Of a DNA stretch of 64,000 nt, positions 8,685 to 17,214 are shown one piece after another. The DNA comes from an uncultured Actinomycetes bacterium (GTDB taxonomy: Bacteria; Actinomycetota; Thermoleophilia; UBA2241). The position numbers were made by a program, and so were the translations under genes. Within the stretch, counting starts at the first letter, position 1. Every line of letters starts with the position of its first letter. A model generated the notes under the pieces. The model did no database searches, was not told where the DNA came from, and saw only the letters and a list, made by a program, of their open reading frames with translations. Where the stretch lies: the NCBI GenBank assembly GCA_963725665.1, contig CAVRZA010000011.1, positions 448,001-512,000 of the forward strand, read 5' to 3'.

Positions 8685-9041
8685 CTATCCCGCGACGTGT
8701 TGCACGCCGTGCCGCGACGCGAGCTCGAAGAAGCGCTGCGCCTCCGCGGCGTCGCCGATCGCCTCGTATGCGCCGCCGAGGCTCACGAGCAGCGAACCCA
8801 TGAACTCAGTCGAGCGGCAGTCGAGACGGGCGCGCTCGAGCGCGATGATGTGCCAGCGCAGAGCCTCGTCGGGATCCGGCTCGAGATGAGCGACGTAGTG
8901 CGCGGCGATCGCCGCGTCGTAGTCATCGGCACGGGCATCCCATGCTGCCAAGAACAGGGCGTGGGCATCGCCGATCCGACGCTCAAGCTCGGCCTGGGTG
9001 CCCTGCATGCAGAGCTGTGCGGTGCGGCTATCGAGATTCAC
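8685..9041 (-). CDS. Small TPR-like helical protein (cassette gene)
   Basis: LCMQG...LFLAAW...AAHYVAH...SLGGAYEAIGDAAEAQRFFELA helical-repeat pattern. The ORF fills the space between two attC sites. Confidence 0.7.
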   Translation of the reverse strand: MNLDSRTAQLCMQGTQAELERRIGDAHALFLAAWDARADDYDAAIAAHYVAHLEPDPDEALRWHIIALERARLDCRSTEFMGSLLVSLGGAYEAIGDAAEAQRFFELASRHGVQHVAG

Positions 9042-9078
9042 GCGCCAACGCCCCCCTCAGTCCGGCGACTACCATTCC

Positions 9079-9165
9079 GCCCAACGCTGGGCGCGTAACC
9101 TGCGAGCGCCGCAGCCCCGCTTTGCCGCGACGCTCTGGCGAGTCAGGTTGACGCGCTTGTTGGGC
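9079..9165 (-). other. attC recombination site (canonical)
   Basis: Minus strand GCCCAAC-AAGCG-CGT[C]AACCTG[A]C...GCAGGTTACG-CGCCCAGC-GTTGGGC: R''/R' complementary, L''/L' with both canonical extrahelical bases, 87 bp. Confidence 0.9.
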
Positions 9166-9195
9166 GCCGTTCGGTTCACGCGACCCACCTACGAC

Positions 9196-9708
9196 TCACC
9201 TCCCTGACGTCAGCATCCAAGGCGCGAAGAACTGGACAACGAACGCCACGATGAGCAGCCGAGACGCGGCTACGGCCGAGGCGAGGCGGCGGTCACTGCC
9301 AGCCGCCGCCCGCACCAAGGCGACGGCCGCGAGAGGATAGACGAGCGCAGCCGCGACCAGGACCGGGACGGCGAACTTGGGCATCAGCTCGGTGAGGCCG
9401 GTGCGGAACACCTGGCGCAGGATGACGAGTGCCCCGGCGACGAGCAGCGCGAGCCCGACGCCGCGCAGCAGGCGCGACACCCGCCGCATCGCGAACAGGC
9501 CGCACACGAGCAAAGCCACTGGTAGTGCGAAGAGCACCGCGATGCCAATGGCGTACTCCCACAGCGCCGTCTCCGACCCGGCAGCCCCGCCGGTGGGCTC
9601 TGCGGCCGCGACCGCTGCGGCGACGAGAGACGCCGCGGCCAACCCCGCAAGCGACGCCGCTACACGTCGCGGCCGGGAGCCGCCCTGACGAATCGCCCCG
9701 CTGCTCAT
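9196..9708 (-). CDS. Hypothetical multi-pass membrane protein (first cassette gene)
   Basis: Signal-like N-terminus plus about four hydrophobic helices, lying between the candidate attI and an attC. Start uncertain. Confidence 0.6.
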   Translation of the reverse strand: MSSGAIRQGGSRPRRVAASLAGLAAASLVAAAVAAAEPTGGAAGSETALWEYAIGIAVLFALPVALLVCGLFAMRRVSRLLRGVGLALLVAGALVILRQVFRTGLTELMPKFAVPVLVAAALVYPLAAVALVRAAAGSDRRLASAVAASRLLIVAFVVQFFAPWMLTSGR

Positions 9709-9757
9709 CCTGCCGTCCAACCGCGCTCCTTCGCCTAGCGGATGCGCTCGCCAGTGC

Positions 9758-9781
9758 GCCCAACAAGGATTAGACAGTCTG
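9758..9781 (-). other. Candidate attI site
   Basis: Minus strand CAGACTGTCTAATCCTT-GTTGGGC: a GTTRRRY core with no attC-type palindrome, complementary to R'' of the next attC (GCGCCCAAC). Confidence 0.55.
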
Positions 9782-9820
9782 CAGATGATGTTCGGCACAG
9801 ACTGTCCTTTTCTGCAGAAG

Positions 9821-9849
9821 ACCCTAGCACCAGCCTAGACGGGTGTCAT
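9821..9849 (-). promoter_or_regulatory. Candidate cassette promoter (Pc-like)
   Basis: Minus strand ATGACA-N17-TAGGGT with an extended TGn before the -10, pointing at the attI and cassettes. Confidence 0.55.
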
Positions 9850-9863
9850 GGGCAGTCTGTGAG

Positions 9864-9903
9864 AGACGGGCGGGGAAGGCCCTCCGGCCTTCCCCGCCCG
9901 TCT
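9864..9903 (-). terminator. Strong hairpin downstream of trpB2, insulating the cassette array
   Basis: Perfect 18-bp stem agacgggcggggaaggcc / ggccttccccgcccgtct with a 4-nt loop. Confidence 0.75.
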
Positions 9904-9996
9904 TCGTCCGGCGGCGAGCTGAACGAGCCGCCGCCCTGGGTCGTCTCGACTGCGCAACGGTCAGAGCGGCCGCTGCGCGCGCGGTCTGTCCGGCCC

Positions 9997-11355
9997 TTAC
10001 ACCTGCGGCACGTGCTCGAGCGCCTCCTTGATCGACGCGCCGGGGTGCTCGTAGTCCTCGAGACTGCCGTCGAGGTAGGACTCGTAGGCGCCGAGGTCGA
10101 GGAGGCCGTGCCCGGTCAGGTTGAAGAGGATGGTCTTGGCCTCGCCCTTGGCCGCCGCCTCCTTGGCCTCATCGACGGCCACCAGGATGGCGTGCGCCGA
10201 TTCCGGCGCCGGCACGATGCTCTCGGACTGTACGAAGAGCCGCGCCGCCTCGAAGACCCTGCTCTGAGGCACGGCGACCGCCTCCATCAGGCCAAGATGG
10301 TAGGCGTGGCTGATGAGCGGCGCCATGCCGTGGTAGCGCAGGCCGCCGGCGTGGATGCCGGCCGGCACGAAGTCGTGCCCCAACGTGTACATCTTGAGCA
10401 GCGGCGTCATCTGCGCCGTGTCGCCGAAGTCGTAGTCGAAGACGCCCTTCGTGAGCGACGGACAGGCCGTCGGCTCGACGCCAACGAAGCGCGTCTTGGT
10501 CTTGCCTGCGAGCTTCTCGCGCATGAAGGGAAAGGCGATGCCGGCGAAGCTCGAGCCGCCGCCGACGCAGCCGATGACCACGTCGGGGTAGGCGTCGGCG
10601 AGAGCGACCTGCTCGAGGGCCTCCTCGCCGATCACGGTCTGGTGCAGCAGCACGTGGTTCAACACGCTGCCGAGCGAGTACTTCGACCCCGGGTGCGTCA
10701 CGACGTCCTCGAGCGCCTCGGAGATGGCGATGCCGAGACTGCCGGCCGAGTCGGGGTGCTCCTCGAGGACCTTGCGACCGAACTCGGTGTGCTCGGTCGG
10801 GCTCGGGTAGATCTCGGCGCCGTAGAGCTGCATCATCACGCGGCGGTAGGGCTTCTGGGCGTAGCTCACCTTGACCATGTACACGGTGAGATCGATGCCG
10901 AAGATGTCGCAGGCCATCGCCAGGGCGCTGCCCCACTGGCCGGCGCCGGTCTCGGTGGCGATGCGCCCGACGCCGTCCTCCCTGTTGTAGTAGGCCTGCG
11001 CCACCGCGGTGTTCGACTTGTGCGAGCCCGACGGGCTCACGCCCTCGTACTTGTAGAAGATGCGCACGTTGTCGGGCAGGCCGAGCTTGCGCTCGAGGTG
11101 GGCGGCGCGGATCAGCGGCGTCGGTCTCCAGATGCCGTAGATGTCACGGACCTCGTCGGGGATGTCGATGAAGCGCTCCATCGACGCTTCCTGCATGATG
11201 AGGCCCATGGGGAATATCGGCGCCAGGTCGTCGGGGCCCGCCGGCTGCTTGGTCCCGGGGTGCAGCGGAGGCGCGGGCGCCTCGGGAAAGTCGGGCGCGA
11301 TGTTGTACCAGCGCCGGGGGATCCTCTCTTCGTCCAACGTGTACTTCTTCGTCAT
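9997..11355 (-). CDS. trpB: Tryptophan synthase beta chain, type 2 (TrpB2)
   Basis: [30 protein letters not shown] (PLP Lys), [39 protein letters not shown]. Confidence 0.95.
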   Translation of the reverse strand: MTKKYTLDEERIPRRWYNIAPDFPEAPAPPLHPGTKQPAGPDDLAPIFPMGLIMQEASMERFIDIPDEVRDIYGIWRPTPLIRAAHLERKLGLPDNVRIFYKYEGVSPSGSHKSNTAVAQAYYNREDGVGRIATETGAGQWGSALAMACDIFGIDLTVYMVKVSYAQKPYRRVMMQLYGAEIYPSPTEHTEFGRKVLEEHPDSAGSLGIAISEALEDVVTHPGSKYSLGSVLNHVLLHQTVIGEEALEQVALADAYPDVVIGCVGGGSSFAGIAFPFMREKLAGKTKTRFVGVEPTACPSLTKGVFDYDFGDTAQMTPLLKMYTLGHDFVPAGIHAGGLRYHGMAPLISHAYHLGLMEAVAVPQSRVFEAARLFVQSESIVPAPESAHAILVAVDEAKEAAAKGEAKTILFNLTGHGLLDLGAYESYLDGSLEDYEHPGASIKEALEHVPQV

Positions 11356-11521
11356 GACGCACCTCCTCTCGGATCGGTCACTCTCGTCTGGTCTGGTCGT
11401 CTCTCGGTCGGGGCGCCGCAACCGCGGCATCGCGCTGTTGGCGGGCGAGGCATTGGGCTTGAGGTCCGGGACTGATAAGCGACGTCACGCGTCGCGTGAG
11501 GGGTGGTGAGGTATGGGCGCG

Positions 11522-11596
11522 CTAGGCGCGCCAGAGCCAGCGGCGGCCCGAGGCGAAGCGGCCGCCGTGAAGAGCGCTGGTGTCGTCCACCGCCAT
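11522..11596 (-). CDS. Putative Trp leader peptide MAVDDTSALHGGRFASGRRWLWRA
   Basis: 24-codon uORF ending in W-L-W-R-A, located between a promoter and trpB2. Confidence 0.55.
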   Translation of the reverse strand: MAVDDTSALHGGRFASGRRWLWRA

Positions 11597-11609
11597 CACA
11601 GTGGCGCGA

Positions 11610-11638
11610 AGCATACCCCGCCCGGGGAGCGAGCACAA
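11610..11638 (-). promoter_or_regulatory. Candidate promoter for the leader peptide and trpB2
   Basis: Minus strand TTGTGC-N17-TATGCT, 13 nt upstream of the uORF ATG. Confidence 0.5.
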
Positions 11639-11720
11639 CCGTCCGCGTCGCGAGGCGTCTCGCTCGGGGCGGACGAAGGGTACGGCGGCGGTCTCCTGTT
11701 CGGGGATCATGGGCTGCGCC

Positions 11721-13412
11721 TCAGTCGCTTGCCAGCTCAGCAGGAGGCTTGCCGACCGGCACGCGGACACCGTGTCCCGGCTCGATCCTCTCCTGCAGGG
11801 GATACGGCGAACCCGGGTAGCCGAAGAGGAAGCCTTGTCCGTAGGGGATCTCGAGCTGGCGTAGGACCGCAAGCTGCGCCTCGGTCTCGATGCCCTCGGC
11901 GATGAGGGCGATGCCGGCCTCGCTGGCGAAGTCGCGCAGCGTCTTGACCAGCTTCTGCTTGACGTGCGAGTCGTTCACGCCACGGATCAGGCTGATGTCG
12001 AGCTTGATGAAGTCGGGCTCCGCCTCCACCACCGTGCGCAGCCCCGAATACCCCGCCCCGGCGTCGTCGATGGCGATGCGAAAGCCGTGCTGCCTGAGGC
12101 GCGAGACGACGTCGCGGAACTGCTCGAAATCCTCGATGATGCTCTTCTCGGTGATCTCGATGACCGTCTTGGCGCGCAACGGCTCGGGGGTGGCCGCGAC
12201 GAACTCCTCGACGAAGAGGTCGCTCTTGCCGCGCATGAAGAGGCTCACCGGCTCCGTGTTGACGAAGCGCAGCAGCGCTTCGGGCAAGCTCGAACTGCTG
12301 CGTGAGGCCATCAAGCGGCAAAGGAGGTCGAGCTCCTGCACGCGGCCCTGGTCGCGCGCCACCTCGAACAGCATCTCGGGAGCGTGCAGCTCGCTGCTCT
12401 GCGGGCCGCGCGCGAGTACCTCGTAGCCAATGACCGTGTAGTCCTCGAGATCGACGATGGGTTGGTAGACGCAGCTGATCTGCTCCTCGGCCAGCACGCG
12501 GTCGAGCTCGTCGACGAGCAGTGTGTGGCTGGCGCTGCGCTCGTACTGGATGGCCTGCATGGCGTTCTCGATCGACTGCAAAAGAGCCCGTTTGAAGCGC
12601 ACCTTGGGCGACTGCGAGAGCGTGGAGAAGCCCACGTACAGCCTGACCTTCGCCAGCAGCTTCTGCTCGACCTCAGCCTCGAGCTGCTGCACGAGGTTCG
12701 CTTCGAGCCGCTCCTTGATGCGGCGCAGGTTCTCCTCGCTCACGCACTGCTGCTGGCGCGGCGCCGAGAGGACGACCAGGAAGGCGTTCCCGAGGCTCGA
12801 GATGGCGACGAACTCCTCCTCGCGCAGGAGGTTGCCCTTCGACTCCACGAGCTTCTGGCCCACGGTGCGGAAGACCTCGTCGCAGACCTCGAATCCCTGG
12901 ATCTGCTCCAGGCCGTAGACACCATCGAGGCTGATGTACAACAGGCCGAGCTCGGTGCGGTCGAAGAGCTGTCGCTGGATCTCGACCTGCACGTTGGCCA
13001 GCGTGGGCAGGCCGGTGATCTCGTCGTAGTGGACCGAGGCGTCGCGCAGCACGTCGCGCACCGTCTGCACGAGGTGCTCGACGCGGAAGGGCTTGGCGAT
13101 GAACGCCGACGCTCCCGAGCGGCTGGCCTCCATCATCGAGGCGAGCTGTGTCTTGGCGGTGAGGAAGACGACGGGGATGTCCTTGGTGTAGCCGAACTGC
13201 AGCTCGCGGCAGACCTCGTACCCGTCCATCCCCGGCATCATCACGTCGAGGAGGATCAGATGCGGGTGCTCGGTGAAGGCCAGCTCGAGGCCGTGCTCGC
13301 CGCTGTTGGCCGCGAGGACCTCGTAGCCCTGCGCCTCGAGGACGTCGCGGACCATGTTCGTGAGGTCGACGTGATCGTCGATGACGAGGATACGGATCTT
13401 GGTGTCGGCCAT
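11721..13412 (-). CDS. REC - degenerate GGDEF - EAL protein (probable c-di-GMP phosphodiesterase)
   Basis: Receiver ILVIDD/LLDVMMP/KPF; DEITGLP followed by no GGDEF motif; EAL domain YQPIV, EVLAR, EITE, DDAGAGYS, IKLD, AEGIET, QGF. Confidence 0.9.
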   Translation of the reverse strand: MADTKIRILVIDDHVDLTNMVRDVLEAQGYEVLAANSGEHGLELAFTEHPHLILLDVMMPGMDGYEVCRELQFGYTKDIPVVFLTAKTQLASMMEASRSGASAFIAKPFRVEHLVQTVRDVLRDASVHYDEITGLPTLANVQVEIQRQLFDRTELGLLYISLDGVYGLEQIQGFEVCDEVFRTVGQKLVESKGNLLREEEFVAISSLGNAFLVVLSAPRQQQCVSEENLRRIKERLEANLVQQLEAEVEQKLLAKVRLYVGFSTLSQSPKVRFKRALLQSIENAMQAIQYERSASHTLLVDELDRVLAEEQISCVYQPIVDLEDYTVIGYEVLARGPQSSELHAPEMLFEVARDQGRVQELDLLCRLMASRSSSSLPEALLRFVNTEPVSLFMRGKSDLFVEEFVAATPEPLRAKTVIEITEKSIIEDFEQFRDVVSRLRQHGFRIAIDDAGAGYSGLRTVVEAEPDFIKLDISLIRGVNDSHVKQKLVKTLRDFASEAGIALIAEGIETEAQLAVLRQLEIPYGQGFLFGYPGSPYPLQERIEPGHGVRVPVGKPPAELASD

Positions 13413-13725
13413 CGCCAGCGTCCTCCCTTCCGCGTATCCCCTATCGGCGGTCGCGCCGCTCGACATGAATCGTGCGCAGGTCCAGACGGGGTTCATCGTA
13501 GCGGTCCGTCGTCTGGATTGACAACGTTGCCGGCGCGAGGGGGTGCGGGATGGCGACGGGTGTGGCGCTGCACAGCGACGGGCGTGCGGTGGGCGTGGCG
13601 CCGGCGGAGAGTGCGGCGTGATGACGGTGCTGCAGTGCGGCATAATGGCGGGCGAGGCGGGCAGCACGTTGACGACGAGGTAGGCGGTGCGCCACGCCGC
13701 CAGGGACGCGAGAGGAGAGCCGCCG

Positions 13726-14670
13726 ATGAGCCAGCCACGCGAAGAACCCGAGGTGCCGCGCTTCGCTGGCATCGATACCTTCTTGCGTCTACCGTTCGAC
13801 CCGCAGGTGGGAGCAGCCGACGTCGCGTGCCTCGGTCTGCCCTTCGACGGCAGCGCCACCTACCGTCCCGGCGCCCGTTTCGGCCCCGCCGCCGTGCGCC
13901 GCGCCTCCGCGCGTCTGGCGGCGGCGAGGTATAACGCCGCGCAGCGCGTCGCCGTCTTCGACCGCCTGACGGCGGTCGACGCCGGCGACGCGCCGGTCAT
14001 GCCCAGCAGTGTCGAGCGTACGCTGCCCCTCCTCGAGGAGGCCGTCGCGCGCGTGCACGAGGCGGGGGCCGTGCCGCTCTGCCTGGGAGGCGACCACAGC
14101 GTGACCTTGGCCGAGCTGCGCGCCGCCGCGCAGCGGCACGGGCAGCTCGGCCTCGTGCTCTTCGACGCTCACCCCGAGACGTGGGACGAAGAGTACGGCG
14201 AGCGCTACGGCCACGGCACCTGGCTGGCCCGCGCACTCGAGGAGGAGCTCGTCGACGCGCGTCGCTCAACGCTGCTCGGCTTGCGCGCCGAGCTCGGCCT
14301 CGGCGATCTCGAGGATCTGCGCGAGCGGGGGTTCGCCGTCTACCCGTTCGACGACCTCATGGCGCTGGGCACGGGCGCGGTCGCCGGGGCTGTTGAGCAG
14401 GCGGGGGGCAAGGCATTCCTCTCGTTCGACATCGACTTCGTCGACCCGGCGTTTGCCCCCGGCACCGGCTGCTTTGAGGTGGGCGGCCCGACGTCGGCCC
14501 AGACGCTCGCCCTCGTGCGCGCCTGTCGCGGCCTCGACCTCGTCGGGGCCGACGTCGTCGAGGTGGCGCCCGACCTCGACCCCACGGACCTGACGGCGAC
14601 CCTTGCCGCGACCATCGCCTACGAGATCCTCACCCTGATCGCCGCCGAGCGCCCCGAGCGGGGGGCATAG
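13726..14670 (+). CDS. speB: Agmatinase-family ureohydrolase
   Basis: PRFAGIDTFLRLP, GLPFD, RPGARFGP, GGDHS, DAH, HGT, SFDIDFVDPAFAPGTG and DVVEVAP motifs. Confidence 0.85.
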   Translation: MSQPREEPEVPRFAGIDTFLRLPFDPQVGAADVACLGLPFDGSATYRPGARFGPAAVRRASARLAAARYNAAQRVAVFDRLTAVDAGDAPVMPSSVERTLPLLEEAVARVHEAGAVPLCLGGDHSVTLAELRAAAQRHGQLGLVLFDAHPETWDEEYGERYGHGTWLARALEEELVDARRSTLLGLRAELGLGDLEDLRERGFAVYPFDDLMALGTGAVAGAVEQAGGKAFLSFDIDFVDPAFAPGTGCFEVGGPTSAQTLALVRACRGLDLVGADVVEVAPDLDPTDLTATLAATIAYEILTLIAAERPERGA

Positions 14671-14783
14671 ACCGGGCGCGCGGAGAGGGCCCCGGGCTGG
14701 GGCGAGTAGATGGCTGCGTTGCGCAGCCAGGCTGGTCCCGAGCGGACGGCTCCGGCCGGACAGCGAGCGAGCTGGCGTAGGGT

Positions 14784-15665
14784 CTAGACGATGTCCTGCG
14801 CGCGGCGCCGGCGGTGGTCAAGCACGAACGCGACGACCATGCCCACGACCAGGCCGACCAGGAGGCCGGCGGCGGCGCTGAGCTTGAGGGGCGGCTCCTG
14901 CGCCTGAGAAGGCTGCACGGCAGGGGTCAGCAGCTTCGGCTGCTCGACCCCCTTGACGGTCTGCACCATGAGCTCGTTCAGGCGCTTGTCGCTCAGAAGC
15001 GGCTGACGCTGCGTGGCGGCGGCCTGCGCGATGGCCACGTAGGGCGTGCTGGCGAGGGACTTCTGGGCGTCGGTGCCCGGACCGCGGGCGATGGCGGCGA
15101 GCGCCCTCTGCGCCGCGGCCGACCGGGCGTCGAGCGTCGCCAGCTCGGCGTCATCCCGCTTGATCTGCTCCTGTAGCAGCGCGAGCTTGTCTTTGGCGAA
15201 ACCGGAGATGCGCTCGATGAGGATGCCGCCGAGCACGTTGGCCGCCTTGGCTGCCCGGGCGCCCTTGGCGTCGGTCACCGTGATGGTGATGAAGTTCACG
15301 GGGGAGGTCGTGCCCTTCACGGTCAGTGAGGGGGTGTTGACGACCAGGCCGTCGCGCAGGTTGCGCACCGTCTCACCGTCGCCGACCAACCTCGCCGCCT
15401 GCTTGAGGGTCGCCTCGCTAGTGACGATCTGCTGAGCCGCCTTGGGGTTGGAGTTCACTCCCGCGATGGCGTTGCCGTTGGCGTCGGTCGGCTGCCCGAG
15501 GTAGACGGAGCTCTGGGCGCTGTAGGTCTTCTCCTGCAAGAAGGTGATGCCGCCGGCCGCGATCGCGCCCACGGCCGCGCAGGCGATGAGCAGCCACCAG
15601 TAGCGCGCCAGAGTGCGCAGGTACGATTCCACGTCGACTTCCAGCTCGTCCTTGGCCACCGTCAC
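14784..15665 (-). CDS. Wzz/YveK-like polysaccharide chain-length regulator
   Basis: YLRTLARYWWLL TM1, YSAQSSV, coiled-coil loop, Pro-rich segment and GLLVGLVVG TM2. Confidence 0.75.
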   Translation of the reverse strand: MTVAKDELEVDVESYLRTLARYWWLLIACAAVGAIAAGGITFLQEKTYSAQSSVYLGQPTDANGNAIAGVNSNPKAAQQIVTSEATLKQAARLVGDGETVRNLRDGLVVNTPSLTVKGTTSPVNFITITVTDAKGARAAKAANVLGGILIERISGFAKDKLALLQEQIKRDDAELATLDARSAAAQRALAAIARGPGTDAQKSLASTPYVAIAQAAATQRQPLLSDKRLNELMVQTVKGVEQPKLLTPAVQPSQAQEPPLKLSAAAGLLVGLVVGMVVAFVLDHRRRRAQDIV

Positions 15666-16891
15666 CTCGTCTCGCGCGCCTCGTGCCCGTCCGCTTGGGG
15701 GGATCGCAGCGCGGCGCGGATCTCGTCCGCCCGCTCGGGCAGCGACAGTATACAGTCCGCTACTTGCTCGATTTGACGCTCACTCAGGGCACCGTAGATC
15801 GGCAGGGTGAGGACCTCGTCGCAGAGGGCGTCGGTCTCGGGAAGCCGCCGCTCGTAGCCTCGGCCGATGGCGGCGAAGGCCCTCATGCGGTGCGCGGGAG
15901 GCACGTAGTAGGCGCGCGTGGCGACGCCTTCGGCGTCGAGCGCGCGCGCCACCTCGTCGCGGTGCAGGCCGAACTCGGCGGCCCGGATGCGGATCGAGAA
16001 GTCCTTGTAGGAGGAGCGGTCGCCGAGCCTGATGCGCTGCAACGTGATGCCCGGCGCGCTTTCGAGGGCGCGGCGGTAGACGGCCGCCAGGCCGTTGCGC
16101 CGCCGCGCCTCGCCCTCGAGGAGCTCCAAGCTGGCCAGCCCGAACAGGGCGCCCATCTCGGAGAGGCGCGCGTTGAAGCCGGCGAAGGCGGGGTCGTAGT
16201 CGCCGGCGTTGCCGTACTCGCGGCCCGTCCTTAGGTGAGCCGCGAGCTCGTCGTCGCCGGTCGCCACGACCCCGCCTTCGCCCGTGACCAGCAGCTTGGT
16301 CGGCGACGTGCTGAAGATCTGGGCGAGACCGGCGCCGCCGACCGGATGGCCGTCGTGCAGGGCGCCGAAGCCGTGTGCGGCGTCGTAGACGACGGCCACC
16401 CCGCGGCGGCGCCCTATCCTCTCGAGCGCCTCCTGATCGGCGGGTGCGCCGAAGACGTGCACGGGCACGATGAGGCGCGTGCGCTCGTTCAGCCCCTCCT
16501 CGACGCTCTTCGGGTCGAGCGTCCAGGTCTCGGGGTCGATGTCGCAGAAGACCGGCGTCAAGCCGGCCCAGGCGGCTGCCGTGGCCGTCGCCATGAAGGT
16601 GAAGCTGGGCATGATCGCCTCGCCGCCGCGGAAGCGGTCGAAGACGAGCATGAGGCCGGCCGTGCACGACGAGACGGCGACGGCGTGGCGCACGCCCAGG
16701 TGCTCCGCCAGCCGCCGCTCGTACTCCTCGAGCGCCGGCCCCTTGGTGACCATGCCGCTGGCGAAGGCGTCGCGCAGGCCGGGCTCGAGCGCCTCGAGCG
16801 GCGGCAGCGTCGGCCGCAGCAAGCGCAGGCCGTCGGGGAAGGCGGGCAAGCCGCCGAGGATGGCGGGTGTGCGGGGAGTCATCTGGGACAT
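15662..16891 (-). CDS. DegT/DnrJ/EryC1/StrS sugar aminotransferase
   Basis: AVSSCTAGL, PSFTFMAT, PVHVFG, YDAAHGFG, STSPTK (PLP Lys) and GEGG motifs. Confidence 0.92.
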   Translation of the reverse strand: MSQMTPRTPAILGGLPAFPDGLRLLRPTLPPLEALEPGLRDAFASGMVTKGPALEEYERRLAEHLGVRHAVAVSSCTAGLMLVFDRFRGGEAIMPSFTFMATATAAAWAGLTPVFCDIDPETWTLDPKSVEEGLNERTRLIVPVHVFGAPADQEALERIGRRRGVAVVYDAAHGFGALHDGHPVGGAGLAQIFSTSPTKLLVTGEGGVVATGDDELAAHLRTGREYGNAGDYDPAFAGFNARLSEMGALFGLASLELLEGEARRRNGLAAVYRRALESAPGITLQRIRLGDRSSYKDFSIRIRAAEFGLHRDEVARALDAEGVATRAYYVPPAHRMRAFAAIGRGYERRLPETDALCDEVLTLPIYGALSERQIEQVADCILSLPERADEIRAALRSPQADGHEARETR

Positions 16892-16944
16892 CCTACCGTA
16901 GTCGGGGATTGCGCAGGAATCGAAACGAACAGGACCGCCTGACG

Positions 16945-17075
16945 CACGACGAGTGTGTTGCGCCCCGGCTTCGCGACCGACAACCCCGCCATGCTGGTTG
17001 CCTTGACGTAGAAGCGATAGCTCCCCTTGGGCAGGCGACAGATGAAGCTCGCCGAGACAACCTTGGCAGAAGAAG
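16945..17075 (-). pseudogene. Possible fragment of a C-terminal Ig-like domain of a secreted protein
   Basis: FICRLPKGSYRFYVKATSMAGLSVAKPGRNTLVVR resembles the GxYxFxVxATDxAG beta-sandwich ends. No full gene is present. Confidence 0.35.
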
Positions 17076-17214
17076 CAAGGAAGGTCGCCGTTCGTCGCCT
17101 GTCTTGGACCGAGTGGCGCACTCGATGACTTCGCTAACTCGGGCTGGCGCTGAGAGCCGAGGGCGTCTACGGAGCCTGGAAGGGATGCGGTGGGTTGGCC
17201 GGCCCTGTCTGGGC

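Noticed and set aside
9904-11355. An integron integrase adjacent to the candidate attI
   Set aside because: The region encodes TrpB2; no tyrosine-recombinase motifs were recognised anywhere in the window.
13413-13725. Guanidine or other riboswitch upstream of the agmatinase
   Set aside because: I could not match the conserved motifs of guanidine riboswitch classes by eye; an Rfam scan would be needed.
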